Origin: Paraspadella gotoi | Taxonomy: Eukaryota > Animalia > Chaetognatha | Direction: 5' to 3' | Length of the DNA: 64,000 nucleotides | NCBI GenBank assembly: GCA_051294375.1 | Contig: CM119265.1 | Location: forward strand, 10,241,720 to 10,305,719 | Part shown: piece after piece, positions 27,132 through 39,300 of the stretch | Layout: each line of letters starts with the position of its first letter | Numbering within the stretch: position 1 is the first letter of the stretch | Position numbers and translations under genes: made by a program | Notes under the pieces: generated by a model | What the model saw: only the letters and a program-made list of their open reading frames with translations | Told to the model about the DNA's origin: nothing | Database searches by the model: none

Positions 27132-30100
27132 ATGGACGACGACAACGAACCAAAAAAAGTAAGAAACCGAGAAAGAGAAATCGGAGAAACAGGTTTTCTG
27201 CTCGTAACTGTAACCCCCCCCCATGACCTAATGTCTCCCCATCATTATTTCAGACTCAAAGTTACAATTCCCCGCAACCGGTAACCGATGACGCAACCGA
27301 TGACGCGGACGGTCCAGTGCTGCGCCCTCTTCGACGGAGGCACAGCGACGTGGAGATCGAGGCGAGGTCTTTGAGCCTCGTCCAGGTCAGGTCGAAGGTG
27401 AGGCACTTTATGAGTAAGATCAGAAGGTCCCGCGAGAGAGAGAAACGCAGGAACGAGGAACAAGAAATCCAGGTCGTCAGGGAAGTTGGACCGGGGAATG
27501 ACTTGGAGATGCGAAATGAGGAAAAGTGGAAACCGAGAGAATCAGAGGATGAGAGAAGAAAAATGTCGACGGATGAAATGGGAAAATTTAAATCGGAAGA
27601 AAAGCAGGAAGGAATTCCTCCTGAACCAATCAAGTCGGAGAAAAAGGAGGAAAGGAGACACAACGAGTCTTTAAACAGGAAACAAGCGGGAAGGACGGTT
27701 CCCGTTGGAGAGAGCGCTCAACGAAATCCGAGGAGAGAAAGCGAACTTAAGATGAGCGAAGCCGAGAGAGGAAAGACGGGAGTAGGGAAAAGCACCTCGG
27801 GCGCGGGGCTCGCTTCCATGAAAGGAACGAAAACGACCAAAGATGAAGACGGAGAATTAGCTGCCACCGGTGGACTAGGATCAGCCGGTGTGGTCAGTCT
27901 AACCACGGATCGAAATAAAGAACAAAAAGCAAAAGGAAAAGACATGGTCGGAGCAGAATCGGAAGTGAAGGCGCGAGAGAGGGAAGCAACAACGGGGTTG
28001 GATGGTGGCGTCGCTCTTGAGCCGAAAAACGCCGAAGAAAACTTGGAGAGAGAAAATTATGTAAGGGACAATTCGGCAACGAAAAGAGGAGAGAGTCCAT
28101 CAGGGATGGGCGAAGCCGCCGGAGAGACACAACCGGGTACTGATGTCACCATGGACGCTCGAAAAGAATTTCCCGAAGCGGGCAAGGAGTCCGTCGTTAA
28201 AGAGGATCTCACGGAAAAAGAAAGGATAAGAAAAAGACGCGTTGACAAGCCGAAGGCAAGCAAGGATCAGTATCACGATCAAGCACACGATTTGCTTCAA
28301 AGAATAAAGAACAAAGCGGCCGAGAGAGCCGCAGAAAGAGAAAAAGACCAAACCGGAAAGGCTATGATCGCGCCCACAAGAGCGAAATTCTCCGAGAGAA
28401 AAGAAGCGCCCGTATCCAGCGACTTTCGAAGAAGCGAAGGCCAGGTTAGGAGAGAAACGGAGAGAGTGAGCGAGGAGCCGATAGCGATCGGCGATCGCGT
28501 CAAGAGCGACGCTTCGCAAATCGGCGATGACGCCGCGGAAGCCAAAACGGGGGATGGAAAAGAGACGATCGTCGTAACGGCCGCCATCGTCACCACGAAG
28601 AGCGAATCGACGCCTTACGAATCGACGCCTTACGATCTGTTATCCTCCAAAAGCGTAACCACCTACGATATGACGGAGATTTCGATCAAGGGCGTCGAAA
28701 GCGTATTCGTGCCTAGAGACGTGGGCGACATCGTCGACGTCGGCGACAAGTCGGCCATGTCGTTCGAGACCGGATTGGTGAGCATGGATTCAGCGATGGA
28801 CACCGACGAGACGACGTCGAGAAGAGAATACGACGTCATTGGCAGGAATCTGTCGTCCGGGAAGAAGAAAAAAAGCGGCACCCTCGGCCCCAAGAGGACC
28901 GCGTCGGCCTCGACTTCGCGGGAATCCTCGCGAATCAGTTGGTCAATCGAGGGGACGAATTCGAAGGAAGAGGCGCACCTCGGCGACAAATCTTGGGGCA
29001 GGAGGGGTTATAAACCTTACGGTGAGGATGGGGAAGACGCTCCCACACCGGGAGAGGTCATCGATACTTGGCGACAGAGCGCCTTCGACGCCAAAGTACA
29101 AAGATACAGCATCGTCGGGGTAACTGAATTTGTATTTGCTTTTTAGCCGGATCTGCTTACAGCTCTATAATTCACTTTGTCGGTCCGTCGGTCCCACCCC
29201 AAAAACTTGTTGGTAAATCATTTAAATCATCTCAGAACATCGAATTATGATAAATTATTTTAAAAAACGATGTCCGTCCGTCCCCTCTTATCTTTGAACG
29301 CCAATTACTCATGTAATGTATATGGGGCGATTGACTTGAAATTTTGTATGTGGGTAGGAAAGTGTGTGACTTAGCTGGAAATCAAGTTTTGATGGAATCG
29401 TCCAAGTGGAATTGAGTTTAAATGGAAAAAACAAAAAATCTGTTTCACTAATTGATAATCATTCTTTTTCTTTTTATATTAAATGTAAATGCAATATGTA
29501 TTCATTAATCAAATAATTAATCAATTAGTCAACTAATTAAAAATTAATTAATCAGTCATGTAATCAATTAATTATTAAATTAATTATTCAATCAATCAAT
29601 TTATCAATTAAATAATTATTCAATCAATTTATCATTTAATTAATAAGTCAATCAATCAAGTCAATCAATTAATCGTTATCGACATTGTCGTCGTCGCCGT
29701 CATCGTCGTCGTTGCTTTTGTCATGGTCAGTGACGAAAAGACAAAACAAACTTGTCTGATCAAATTAATTAATTGACTAATTAATTAACTAGAATTAATT
29801 AATTAATCTTGGACAGATCCGGCATGGTTTGCTCAAACTTGTTTTCTAGAAATTGATTTTGATTGATTGGTTAATGAAAATCAGAGGAAAGACAGCTCCC
29901 TCTCTTCATCCGGACTGGACGCCCGGGGAGACACCCGACGAAAGACCCGAATCGAATTGGATCCCGACAAAGAATGGTCGCAAGTTGCGATGGAGGCCGC
30001 CAGAATTTCCGGAGATTACAGAGAATTTGGGTCAAATTTTCCTCCTTTGTGGATCAGATCAAAAAAGACCTATAAAAGTTAGCGGGAGGAAGGGAGGGGA

Positions 30101-31425
30101 GAAAAAAAAATAAAATTCAGCTCCTTGTATTTTGATGCTAGTGTGGAGTACAATATAGTATTCCCCGAACTAATACTTAAGGGAGTGGTCTTTTCATACA
30201 ATTGAAACATTCTTTGAAATATCATACCACTTCATTGATAGGGAAGCCAGGTTCACTGGGAGTGAATAAATAAGACTGTGAGAGAGTCTTGATTGAAAGC
30301 TTGCAGAAACCTGCTATGTTATTATCTTGTAAGTGTGATGGAGGCCTTAAACCACCAAAGCCTGTCCAAAGTCAGGGACAAGATAGCTTATTTATTAAAT
30401 GAATGGATAATTTTTATATTGGTTGTACCAATTTCATAAGGATAAAATCAATAATTCCCACTTCGGCTATCAGCTCACAACCTGGCCTTGGGAATAGCGC
30501 GAGACTGGGAAAGAAAGAAATCGAAAGACTTCAGCGTTTACGACGTCCTCCATGATGCTTTTGCCGGCGCGAGGTCGAGGGGCACTGAGCTGGAAGGATG
30601 ATTGATGTGGTTGATTGGCTTGGTTGGTTGATTCTTTTCAGTTTTTGATCATTGGTTTTCAGAGTAGGATTTAGCTTGCCCCTCGGTATATTTAGCGATA
30701 CATTCTCTAGTTTCTACTCTTCGCGAAATATATGATTTTACCTCACGCCTTCAATACCCCGCAAGGTTTTTTTTTTCTCCAAATTCCTAACTAAAATTTT
30801 TTTCGAAACAATACTAAACCAGGGAAACGACGACTTTGTTATACAGGAGATTCTCGTTCGTGGATCCAACGCTCATAAATGAGGAGGATTCAAGCAATGG
30901 CTGGCCTTCGGCTATAGAAGAGAGACCCACTTACGGCAAAAAAGTGGGAAAAATATTCGAACTGCAAGTAAGATAGAATCATTCTGAATAAAGTTATGGA
31001 GCAAATTAAGAAACAACTCGTGCTTGACCCTTTTGCCCAAGGATTCTATGAAGCCGGCGAGACAAGAAACTCTACAGTTTAAACTGACGAGAATGGACAA
31101 GTGTCGGAGGTACAACGTCGAGACGGTTCCCTACTACGCCAAAGAGTTGAAAGACATTCAGTGCGAAAATCGTCGAAGGAATAAACGGCGTCAAGAGGCG
31201 GTAATTGAGCGAATAGAATGGCAAAGTTACGAAGCGAAGTTGCGACTTGATTCTGAACAACTGTTTTGAAAGGAGCAACAGCGACGGCGGATGTTGATTT
31301 CGAGAAACGCGATGCCGCTGAGGAAAAGCCTTCTCAATCCGGAATACAAAACGCGCATGGAGGAACTCGCGAAACCCGTCAATTTCAACTGCCCGAGGAT
31401 TTATATACCGTCACCGGTACATTAA
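27132..31425 (+). CDS. Multi-exon gene of unknown function: large charged low-complexity exon plus small C-terminal exons (27132-27203, 27254-29119, 29885-30077, 30474-30572, about 30663-30765, 30822-30967, 31042-31200, 31273-31425)
   Basis: A 609-aa ORF bounded by GT-AG sites and in-frame downstream exons ending 'KTRMEELAKPVNFNCPRIYIPSPVH*'. The junction around 30573-30710 is unresolved. Confidence 0.7.
29140..29843 (+). mobile_element. Helentron-associated non-autonomous element (HINE/DINE-1-like) in an intron; duplicate at about 39734-40435
   Basis: Subterminal inverted repeat GCCGGATCTG (29146) / CAGATCCGGC (29814), GTCC microsatellite near the 5' end, small 3' hairpin GTTT-gctc-AAAC followed by TTGTT, inserted in a T-rich site. 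Confidence 0.65.
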
Positions 31426-33113
31426 GATGTCAGGACCGTTAAATTTTTCAATTGTCGGGATGGTAGTTCAAATTTTAAACTTAATTATCTTTGGGAAAAA
31501 AGATTAGTAAACTTTTTGTGACAGGCATTTCTAATTGCAGAATTGATAATAAATAGAGGCTGGGTCGGAGGGATTGACCTGTCATGTCATTTCGGCAGCT
31601 TTAAAAAAACAATCTGAACTGCTGTAATATACAAATTATTAATTACTAACCTAAATTCCTCTATAATTTTTTTATTTTGTCAGAACGTTTGATTACGCAA
31701 AATATCATGTAAGCAATATAAAATTAATATAACCAATAGTTAGTATTATGTCTCGAATAGATGCAAAAAAAACCTCGTTTAAAAATTCCATCGGGAAGTG
31801 GGGTAACTAAGGCTTACCAATAGCATCCTCCACACTGATCGTTCTCTAAATAATTTTTTTTATTTAATACATTTGAAAGGGAAAAAATAAAATTCAGAAT
31901 GCAGGTTGCAGAAAGCGTACAGATAATCTGGACATATGACTCAATAATCATGACCTTTTATGTCTTGTGAAATGGGGGCAGTAAAGAAACCTAAAAAATT
32001 CGATCATTAATGTCAATGAACCCTTTCCAATTGGCTATTCCGCGAAATTTTTTTTCTTAATTAAAATGGATGACAAATAATAGAATTAAATTCCTAGTAT
32101 AAAGGTTGTTATATTTAAAAGAAAATTATCAATACAAATAAACACAATGTCTTGCTTTGTCAAATATGTCGCCAGCTATGTAATTTTTTTAAGGCTACTT
32201 GACTGGCTTCTTGGTAAGACTAATGAACTAGAGAGTTAGGTTTGCAATGTATTCAAGTATAGACCTATGAAAAGATAGCAATTACAATTACATCTTTATG
32301 GATGCTAAACCCAAGTGAGCTAGCAAGAGCATAGTTGTTCAAAACCGACCCTTGTAATCTTAGCTGACTGAGAATATATTTTTTTTACTAAACATAGAAA
32401 AGTCAGCTGGAATCACAAGAATAATTAAAGTAATAAACTAGCAATTATGACAATTAAATAATTAATTATTTAGCTATTAATTGAACCACAAATAAATATG
32501 ATCATTTACTAATGTAAAATAATAATATTAAACCTTTAAGGTAATAGAATAAAAATTTATCAAAGCTTAATCAGAACACGACAACAGACAATTCACAAAT
32601 TAATCTGCTACACAAAAACGAGAGTTTATTTTAAAGTCAATGATCAGCAAGAATAATCAGGTAAGTTCAAATGCTCTTTGCTTTCCGAGCCTAGAAACTA
32701 GAATGAATAGGAAACAAAGTCAAGCCTCTACTTTCTACTACAGAAACCGATCCTCTGGCCCCACCAAGTCCCGGGCCTTCTTCTCATTGGCCCTTTTGCC
32801 AACCTCCCCAATCCTCTTCTTCCCTCCAATTGGCCCATGGCTTTTCTTGTGGTCATAGAGTTTGGTGACTACACCTATCCGTCGCCAAGCCCTCTTGTGG
32901 TCCCGGTGAGGCGAGCCTCGGCTTCTTGCAGGCTTCCCGCCGAGGGAGGAGGGAGGCAGAGATGGAGAGATGCAGGGGTGGATATGCAGCTGGCTGCTGC
33001 ATGCTCCTCGTGTACGTTTATGATATGAATACACAAGAGAACGGGGGACGCCAACTAGATAAGGACTCGCACTCGAACACGTACTTTCTTATTCAATATA
33101 TGTANNNNNNNNN

Positions 33114-34593
33114 NCCATTCTGTTTGCAGACGTCTTCTGCGTCGACCCATTTCTTCGGCACCCATGACAGGTCTCGTCGAAAATACTTGAAGAGACGAAT
33201 CCTTCTGAAGACGAAAAGCCGACGCGGATGCGAATCTTTGAGGATCTTGCCCAAATCCTTTGCGAAGTCGCTATGGACTTTTGGTGCAAAGTGAAAGACA
33301 CGGCCACCACAACAGAAGGACAGGAAGTCGACGCGCGTCTTCTCCAAGTCAGGGAGAGGTAGATGGAAGCCCACCGCGATGTCTTTGGAACTACGAAGTA
33401 CTTCTCGAAATTTCCCCAAAATTGTTTTGTCACTAATTATCTTGCCATGTGGACTGCCATCACGCAACAAGATGGGCAAGTTGTGCAAGACATCATTGAA
33501 CGGCGCAGTACAGCTTGGCCGAAACGAATCATGTGGGGCAGACGCAAATGGGCGGTAGGCAATGCCGCTCAAATCCATGTTGAATGTGGCGAGAGTTGAA
33601 TCCGATGCTGCGACGCGTTTCACGCAAAGCTTGAAGAGTTCCAACCCGGTATGGGGAAAATCTTTCCTCGAAATTCTCAATATTATCGAGCCCGGCATAG
33701 AATCCACAAGAACGAAGCTTTTCCGCCATTGCGCCCTCAATCTTATATCCCGAAATTATGAGGCCTATCATTGTAGCGANNNNNNNNNNNNNNNNNNNNN
33801 NNNNNNNNNNNNNNNNNNNNNNNNNNNNNNNNNNNNNNNNNNNNNNNNNNNNNNNNNNNNNNNNNNNNNNNNNNNNNNNNNNNNNNNNNNNNNNNNNNNN
33901 NNNNNNNNNNNNNNNNNNNNNNNNNNNNNNNNNNNNNNNNNNNNNNNNNNNNNNNNNNNNNNNNNNNNNNNNNNNNTCAAGCCGGCGAGCTTGCTTTACC
34001 CAAAGACTCCTTTCTCAAGAATCGCGGAAACGAAGTCGGCGAGGCGGCGACCCGAGAAGAATCCCATCATCGTTGCGCAATCGACGAACCTTTGGCGATT
34101 CTTCTTGGAGTCCGTTGGGAGTTCCGTGAGGATCTCCACCCAATTCTCCATCATTTTGGTCGGAGATGAGATCCGGATCGATTTCAGAAATGGAGTAATC
34201 TCACTCTGTTTTAGCATTCGCAATTTCAATGCTGAGGCACGACCCGGCCGAGGTGACTCGCGTCTGGACAAAGGCAGAGCTGTTAGGGTATGATACAATG
34301 ATGCGGCAGTCTTGAGGAGGAACATCTGGCGGAGGTAGGGGCAGTGTGAGTGGTTCGGTTGGCGACGCAAGAGTGGACGAAGGGATTGCGCCACATATCT
34401 CAACCGCCCTGTCCCGCGAACGAGAGACTGGTTCACACTCCCCAAAGACGATCTCTGAATATTCATCCGATCGACGCATCTTCATCTTGGCCAGGGCGAT
34501 TTCTCGAATCTTGCGTCGTTTGGTCTTCTCCAACTCTGCCTCGGCAACTCTTTCTTCAAAAATGTACGAGGCCTTCTTAAGATTCATTCGCAA
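33114..34593 (-). pseudogene. Intronless, frameshifted gene with a degenerate DEDDy 3'-5' exonuclease-like domain (the duplicate at about 43800-45410 supplies the C-terminus)
   Basis: Three overlapping ORFs can be joined by small frameshifts. 'KIISDKTILGKFREVLRSSKDIAVGFH...VDFLSFCCGGRVFHF...LGKILKD...WVDAEDVCK...TIDEISIK..GRRLCK' follows the WRN/EXD/Mut-7 exonuclease pattern but lacks the catalytic acidic residues. Confidence 0.45.
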
Positions 34594-34704
34594 TCGCTAA
34601 GCGTTTTGCGACGATATGTCAACACTTTTGCGCATAAAGTGGCGTCGGCGTCGTCGTCGTCGTTGTCAGCGTTCCAAATTATAGATCGCCTTTTTTATGA
34701 TTAA

Positions 34705-34910
34705 ATATAAAAATAATAATAGTATCATTAATGATAAGAACAATAATAATTAGGAATGAGGGTAATTCCAATAATAGTAAATTCCAATCATAGTAATAAT
34801 AATAATAATAATAATGTAAAATAATAATAGTAATAATGATAAAAATAATAATAGTATCATTAACGATAATAATAATAATAATTAGGAATAAGGGTAATTC
34901 CAATAATTTT
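34705..34910 (+). repeat. (AAT)n-rich region with an internal duplication of about 130 bp
   Basis: Repeated 'aaaaataataatagtatcattaa...taggaat.agggtaattccaataat'. Confidence 0.85.
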
Positions 34911-36345
34911 AATCTGGTATTTATGCCTTTCTATTTATGATCAGTTAAAAAAAAAAAAAAAAATTGACAAATTTCTGTCTATGACTACAAAAAAAAAAAA
35001 AAAAAAAAGGGCAAATGGCTAGTGTAAAGGTTAGGAACCATAATGCTAATATTCACTCGTGATTTTCATTGATATACTTTAATACTTTTCCAATTTGCAA
35101 TATCCGCAATGATCCTTAAATTTTTTGAATTTTATTTTTAGTGCCATTAGTGAATTAGTCTTGCTCAATACTCATTTATTGTTTTAAATGTCATATTGTT
35201 TCAAATCGTTTAAATCTTCTTATTGTCTTAATTGTCAAATTGTCTCTTTTATTTCAGAAAAAAAAAAATTAAATTAGGGTGTATGAAGCTGAAAATTTAT
35301 ATACAGCTTCTCATCATCGATGTGCTTAAAATTGAGTCTGGACAGTTATTAAATATGTTTTGTTTACGTTTTTATCAAAACAAACAAATTTTCTCTCTTT
35401 TATTTTTATATTTCTTTCTCTCTCTCTTTTTCTCTTTTAATTACATGTCTCTCTCCTCTCTCTTTTCCCTAGTCACTGATTCATAATCATAGGGGGAAAA
35501 AACGAGTCTGCAGCTGGCTCTGCAGGGGCTTATTCTTTTTCTCTCTTTCTCTTGCTGCTTCTGCTGCTGCCTTTTGAGTCTGCAGCTGGCTCTGCAGGGC
35601 TCTTTCTTTTTCTCTCTCTTTCTCCTGCTGCTTCTGCTGCTGCTTTTGATTCTTTCTTTTTTTTCTGGGTGCCTCTGCTGCTGAAATGATTTGGCTTCTC
35701 TCTCTCTCTCTTGATTAATTTTTTCCTCTAAAAACTTTTATTANNNNNNNNNNNNNNNNNNNNNNNNNAAATCTTCTCTTTATCTAAAATAAATGCAAGT
35801 CACAAAAAGTCACAAATTAAAAGTTGTCTTTAAAAATTATTTGTGGCTAAACAAAAAAAAGTTTTTTTGATAATTTTGTAGGTGTTAAAAGCTTATTCAA
35901 TAGGCTATAATTTTCTGTTAATTTCAAAATTGATTATTATTTTGTTTACAAATTATGATAAAGACTAAAAACTGCAACTTTTTGACTTGTTAACTTTAAA
36001 AATTAATTCATAGGCAAACTATAAATGATTTAAGGTAAATAAATTTACAGGGGTAAAAAAGATAGGAAAGAACGGATTTCCAAAGTAAAAAATTTTCTCA
36101 ATTTCCTTGGCATTCAAACAGGAAGTCGTAAGTAAAAATGGACAAATTGACATAATTTTTTTTCCTAAAAGTTGCCAAAAATGCTACTTTTTATCATTAT
36201 AAACGGAATGGAGATGTTTCCTAACCAATCCTATTGTTAGGCCAAATTTGTGTTGTGGTACAAAGTTAATCACATTGTAAGTAACCAAACTGAGGCAATA
36301 TTGAAGAGTCGTTTTTTTCCTAAATTCAACGTTTGTAACGCGGAA

Positions 36346-39300
36346 CCACTAACCAGCAATCACTTAAACAGAAGGCTTCATATTATAAAATTAGGTACCC
36401 CTTTTTTGTCGACCAGAGAACCCGTCCGAAAAAAACTACTGGATCAAATCCTATTGAAATATTGGTATGAACCGATCCCTATGTGAATACAAATAGAACT
36501 ATCGAGACGAATTTCATATTAACCCCTAAGCCGAGATATGGGGGCCCCGGAGGGGTCACCACATAGGGGCAAAAAATGATAAAAATTTTTTTTTCAAATT
36601 TATTCATTTTTGTTTTAAACAGTTGCATAGACGTTTACACTTCCCAAAAACGTAGTTTACCTAAAATATTGATTTACCATAATTTTCAGCTTCATGAACA
36701 TCACAGTTCAAGTCAGATAGGAAATAATTTTGAAAAATTGGAAGTAAAACGATGAACCATGCATCTTCAAAACAATGCTTAATTAACGAAAATTATCAAT
36801 TTTAGTTCTAAAATAAATTTTTTTTATATGTTTAAAACGTCAATGCATTGATGCTACGAAAAATTTTAAAAAAATAAAAAAACAAATTTGTAGCTTTTTT
36901 CGGCCCCCCAGGGGTCCACCCAGGCCTTGTATCTCTTGTCAGGTGTTTGAATATCAAAATTCGCCTCATAGTTCCATTTATATTGTCATGAGGACTTATA
37001 TATAAATTTTCAATGAAATTCGATCGGGTAGTTTGGTGGGAACTATTCTGGTCTCAAAAAAGGGTTGCCTAATTTTATAATATGAGCCCTCAGTATTTTT
37101 AAATTTTAATTCTAAAAAAGTTTTTTTTTGTACGCACAGATTTGAGTTAAAAAATATTTAAAAAGATAAATAGAAACAGGAGCAATAGTCCGTTTTCGGC
37201 GGTTTTTATAAAATTATAAAATGAAAAATTAAGAAATAATTTCCAATGCCATAACCGTTGTTCCGTCTATATAATAAATTGAGTACTCCTTTGATTTGTA
37301 AACAATTTAAAAATTCTTAACTTTGAAACTTAAACTTATACTTTTATCAAACAACTAACATAAGATTTATCCCTAAAGAAAAAGAAGACATGCAACGAAG
37401 TAGAACGGCCAATCTGCAACGACGAGTAAAGAAGCCATTGCAAGTTGGTATGCGCGGCTGCGCCAGTTGCGCACATGTAAAGCATTTAACTATGTCTCGT
37501 CTGTATAGACTGTTTCTTCAATATTTAAAAAAATTTACAAACTTTCAAAGATGAGTAGCTGTTAGAGATACGTCAATTAAAATTTACATCCGACTGTATC
37601 GTTTTTATTTTTTCAATTAACTATGATTGACCGGAAAGAATTTCACGGTGTAAAAAGAAGAACCCGATCGAAATTGTGAACCTACGGATGGTAATTTAAT
37701 GTTATGAACCTCGGATATAATTCTTGCTTATTGTCGCAAGATGAGACGACGAACAACGAACCAAAAAAAGTAAGAAACCGAGAAAGAGAAAATCGGGAGA
37801 AACAGGTTTCTGCTCGTAACTGTAACCCCCCCATGACGCTAATGTCTACCGCATAATTATTTGCAGACCTCAAAGTTACAAATTCCCGCAACCGGTACCG
37901 ATGACGCAACCGATGACGCGACGGTCCAGTGCTGCGCCCTCTTCACGGAGGGCACAGCGAACGTGGAGATCGAGGCGAGGTCCTTTGAAGCCATCGTCCA
38001 GGTCAGTCGAAGGTGAGGCACTTTATGAGTAAGATCAGAAGAGTCCCGCGAGAGAGAGAACGCAGGAACGAGGAACAAGAAATCCAGGTCGTCAGGGAAG
38101 TTGGACGCGGGGAATGACTTGCGAGATGCGAAAATGAGGAAAGTGGAAACCGAGAGAATCAGAGGAGAGAGAAAAAATGTCGACGGATCGAAATGGGAAA
38201 AAATTAAATCGGAAGAAAAGCAGGAAGGAATTCCTCCTGAACCATCAAGTCGGAGAAAAAGGAGGAAAGGAGACACAACGAGTCTTTAAACAGGAAACAA
38301 GCGGAAAGGACGGTTTCCCGTTGGAGAAGCGCTCAACGAAAATCCGAGGAGAGAAAGCGACTTAAGATGAGCGAAGCCGAAGACGAGGAAAGACGGGAGT
38401 AGGGAAAAAGACCTCGGGCGCGGGGCTCGCTTCCATGAAAGGAACGAAAACGACAAAGATAAGACGGAGAATTAGCTGCCACCGGGTGGACTAGGATCAG
38501 CCGGTGTGGTCAGCTACCACGATCGAAATAAAGAAAAAAAGCAAAAGGAAAAACATGGTCGGAGCAGAATCGGAAGTGAAGGCGCGAGAGAGGGAAGCAA
38601 CAACGGGTTTGGATGGTGGCGTCGCTCTTGAGCCGAAAAACGCCGAAAAACTTGGAGAGAGAAAATTATTGTAAGGGACATTCGGCAACGAAAAGAGGAG
38701 AGAGTCATCAGGATGGGCGAAGCCGCGGAGAGACACCAACACCGGTACTGATTCACCATGGACGCCGAAAAGAATTTCCAAGCGGGCAAGGAGTCCGTCG
38801 TTAAAGAGGATCTCACGGAAAAAGAAAAGGATAAGAAAAGACGTGTTGACAAGCCGAGGCAAGCAAGAATCAGTATCAACGATCAAGCACACGATTTGCT
38901 TCAAAGAATAAGAACAAAGCGGCCGAGAGAGCCGCAGAAAAGAAGAAAAAGACCAAACAGGAAAGGCTATGATCGCGCCCCACAAGAGCGAAATTCTCGA
39001 GAGAAAAGAAGCGCCCGTATCATGCGACTTCGAAAGAAGCGAAGGCCAGGTTAAGGAGAGAAACGGAGAGAGAGCGAGGAGCCGATAGCGATCGGCGATC
39101 GCGTCAAGAGCGACGCTTCGCAAATCGGCGATGACGCCGCGGAAGCCAAAACGGGGGATGGAAAGAGACGAATCGTCGTAACGGCCGCCATCGTCACCAC
39201 GAAGAGCGAATCGACGCCTTACGAATCGACGCCTTACGATCTGTTTATCCTCCAAAAGCGTAACCACCTACGATATGACGGAGATTTCGATCAAGGGCGT

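Larger units (their letters stand above)
25739..35743 (+). repeat. Copy 1 of a ~10 kb direct duplication
   Basis: Colinear with 36346-46555 from 'cactaaccagcaatcactta' to 'ctctaaaaacttttatt'. Confidence 0.97.
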
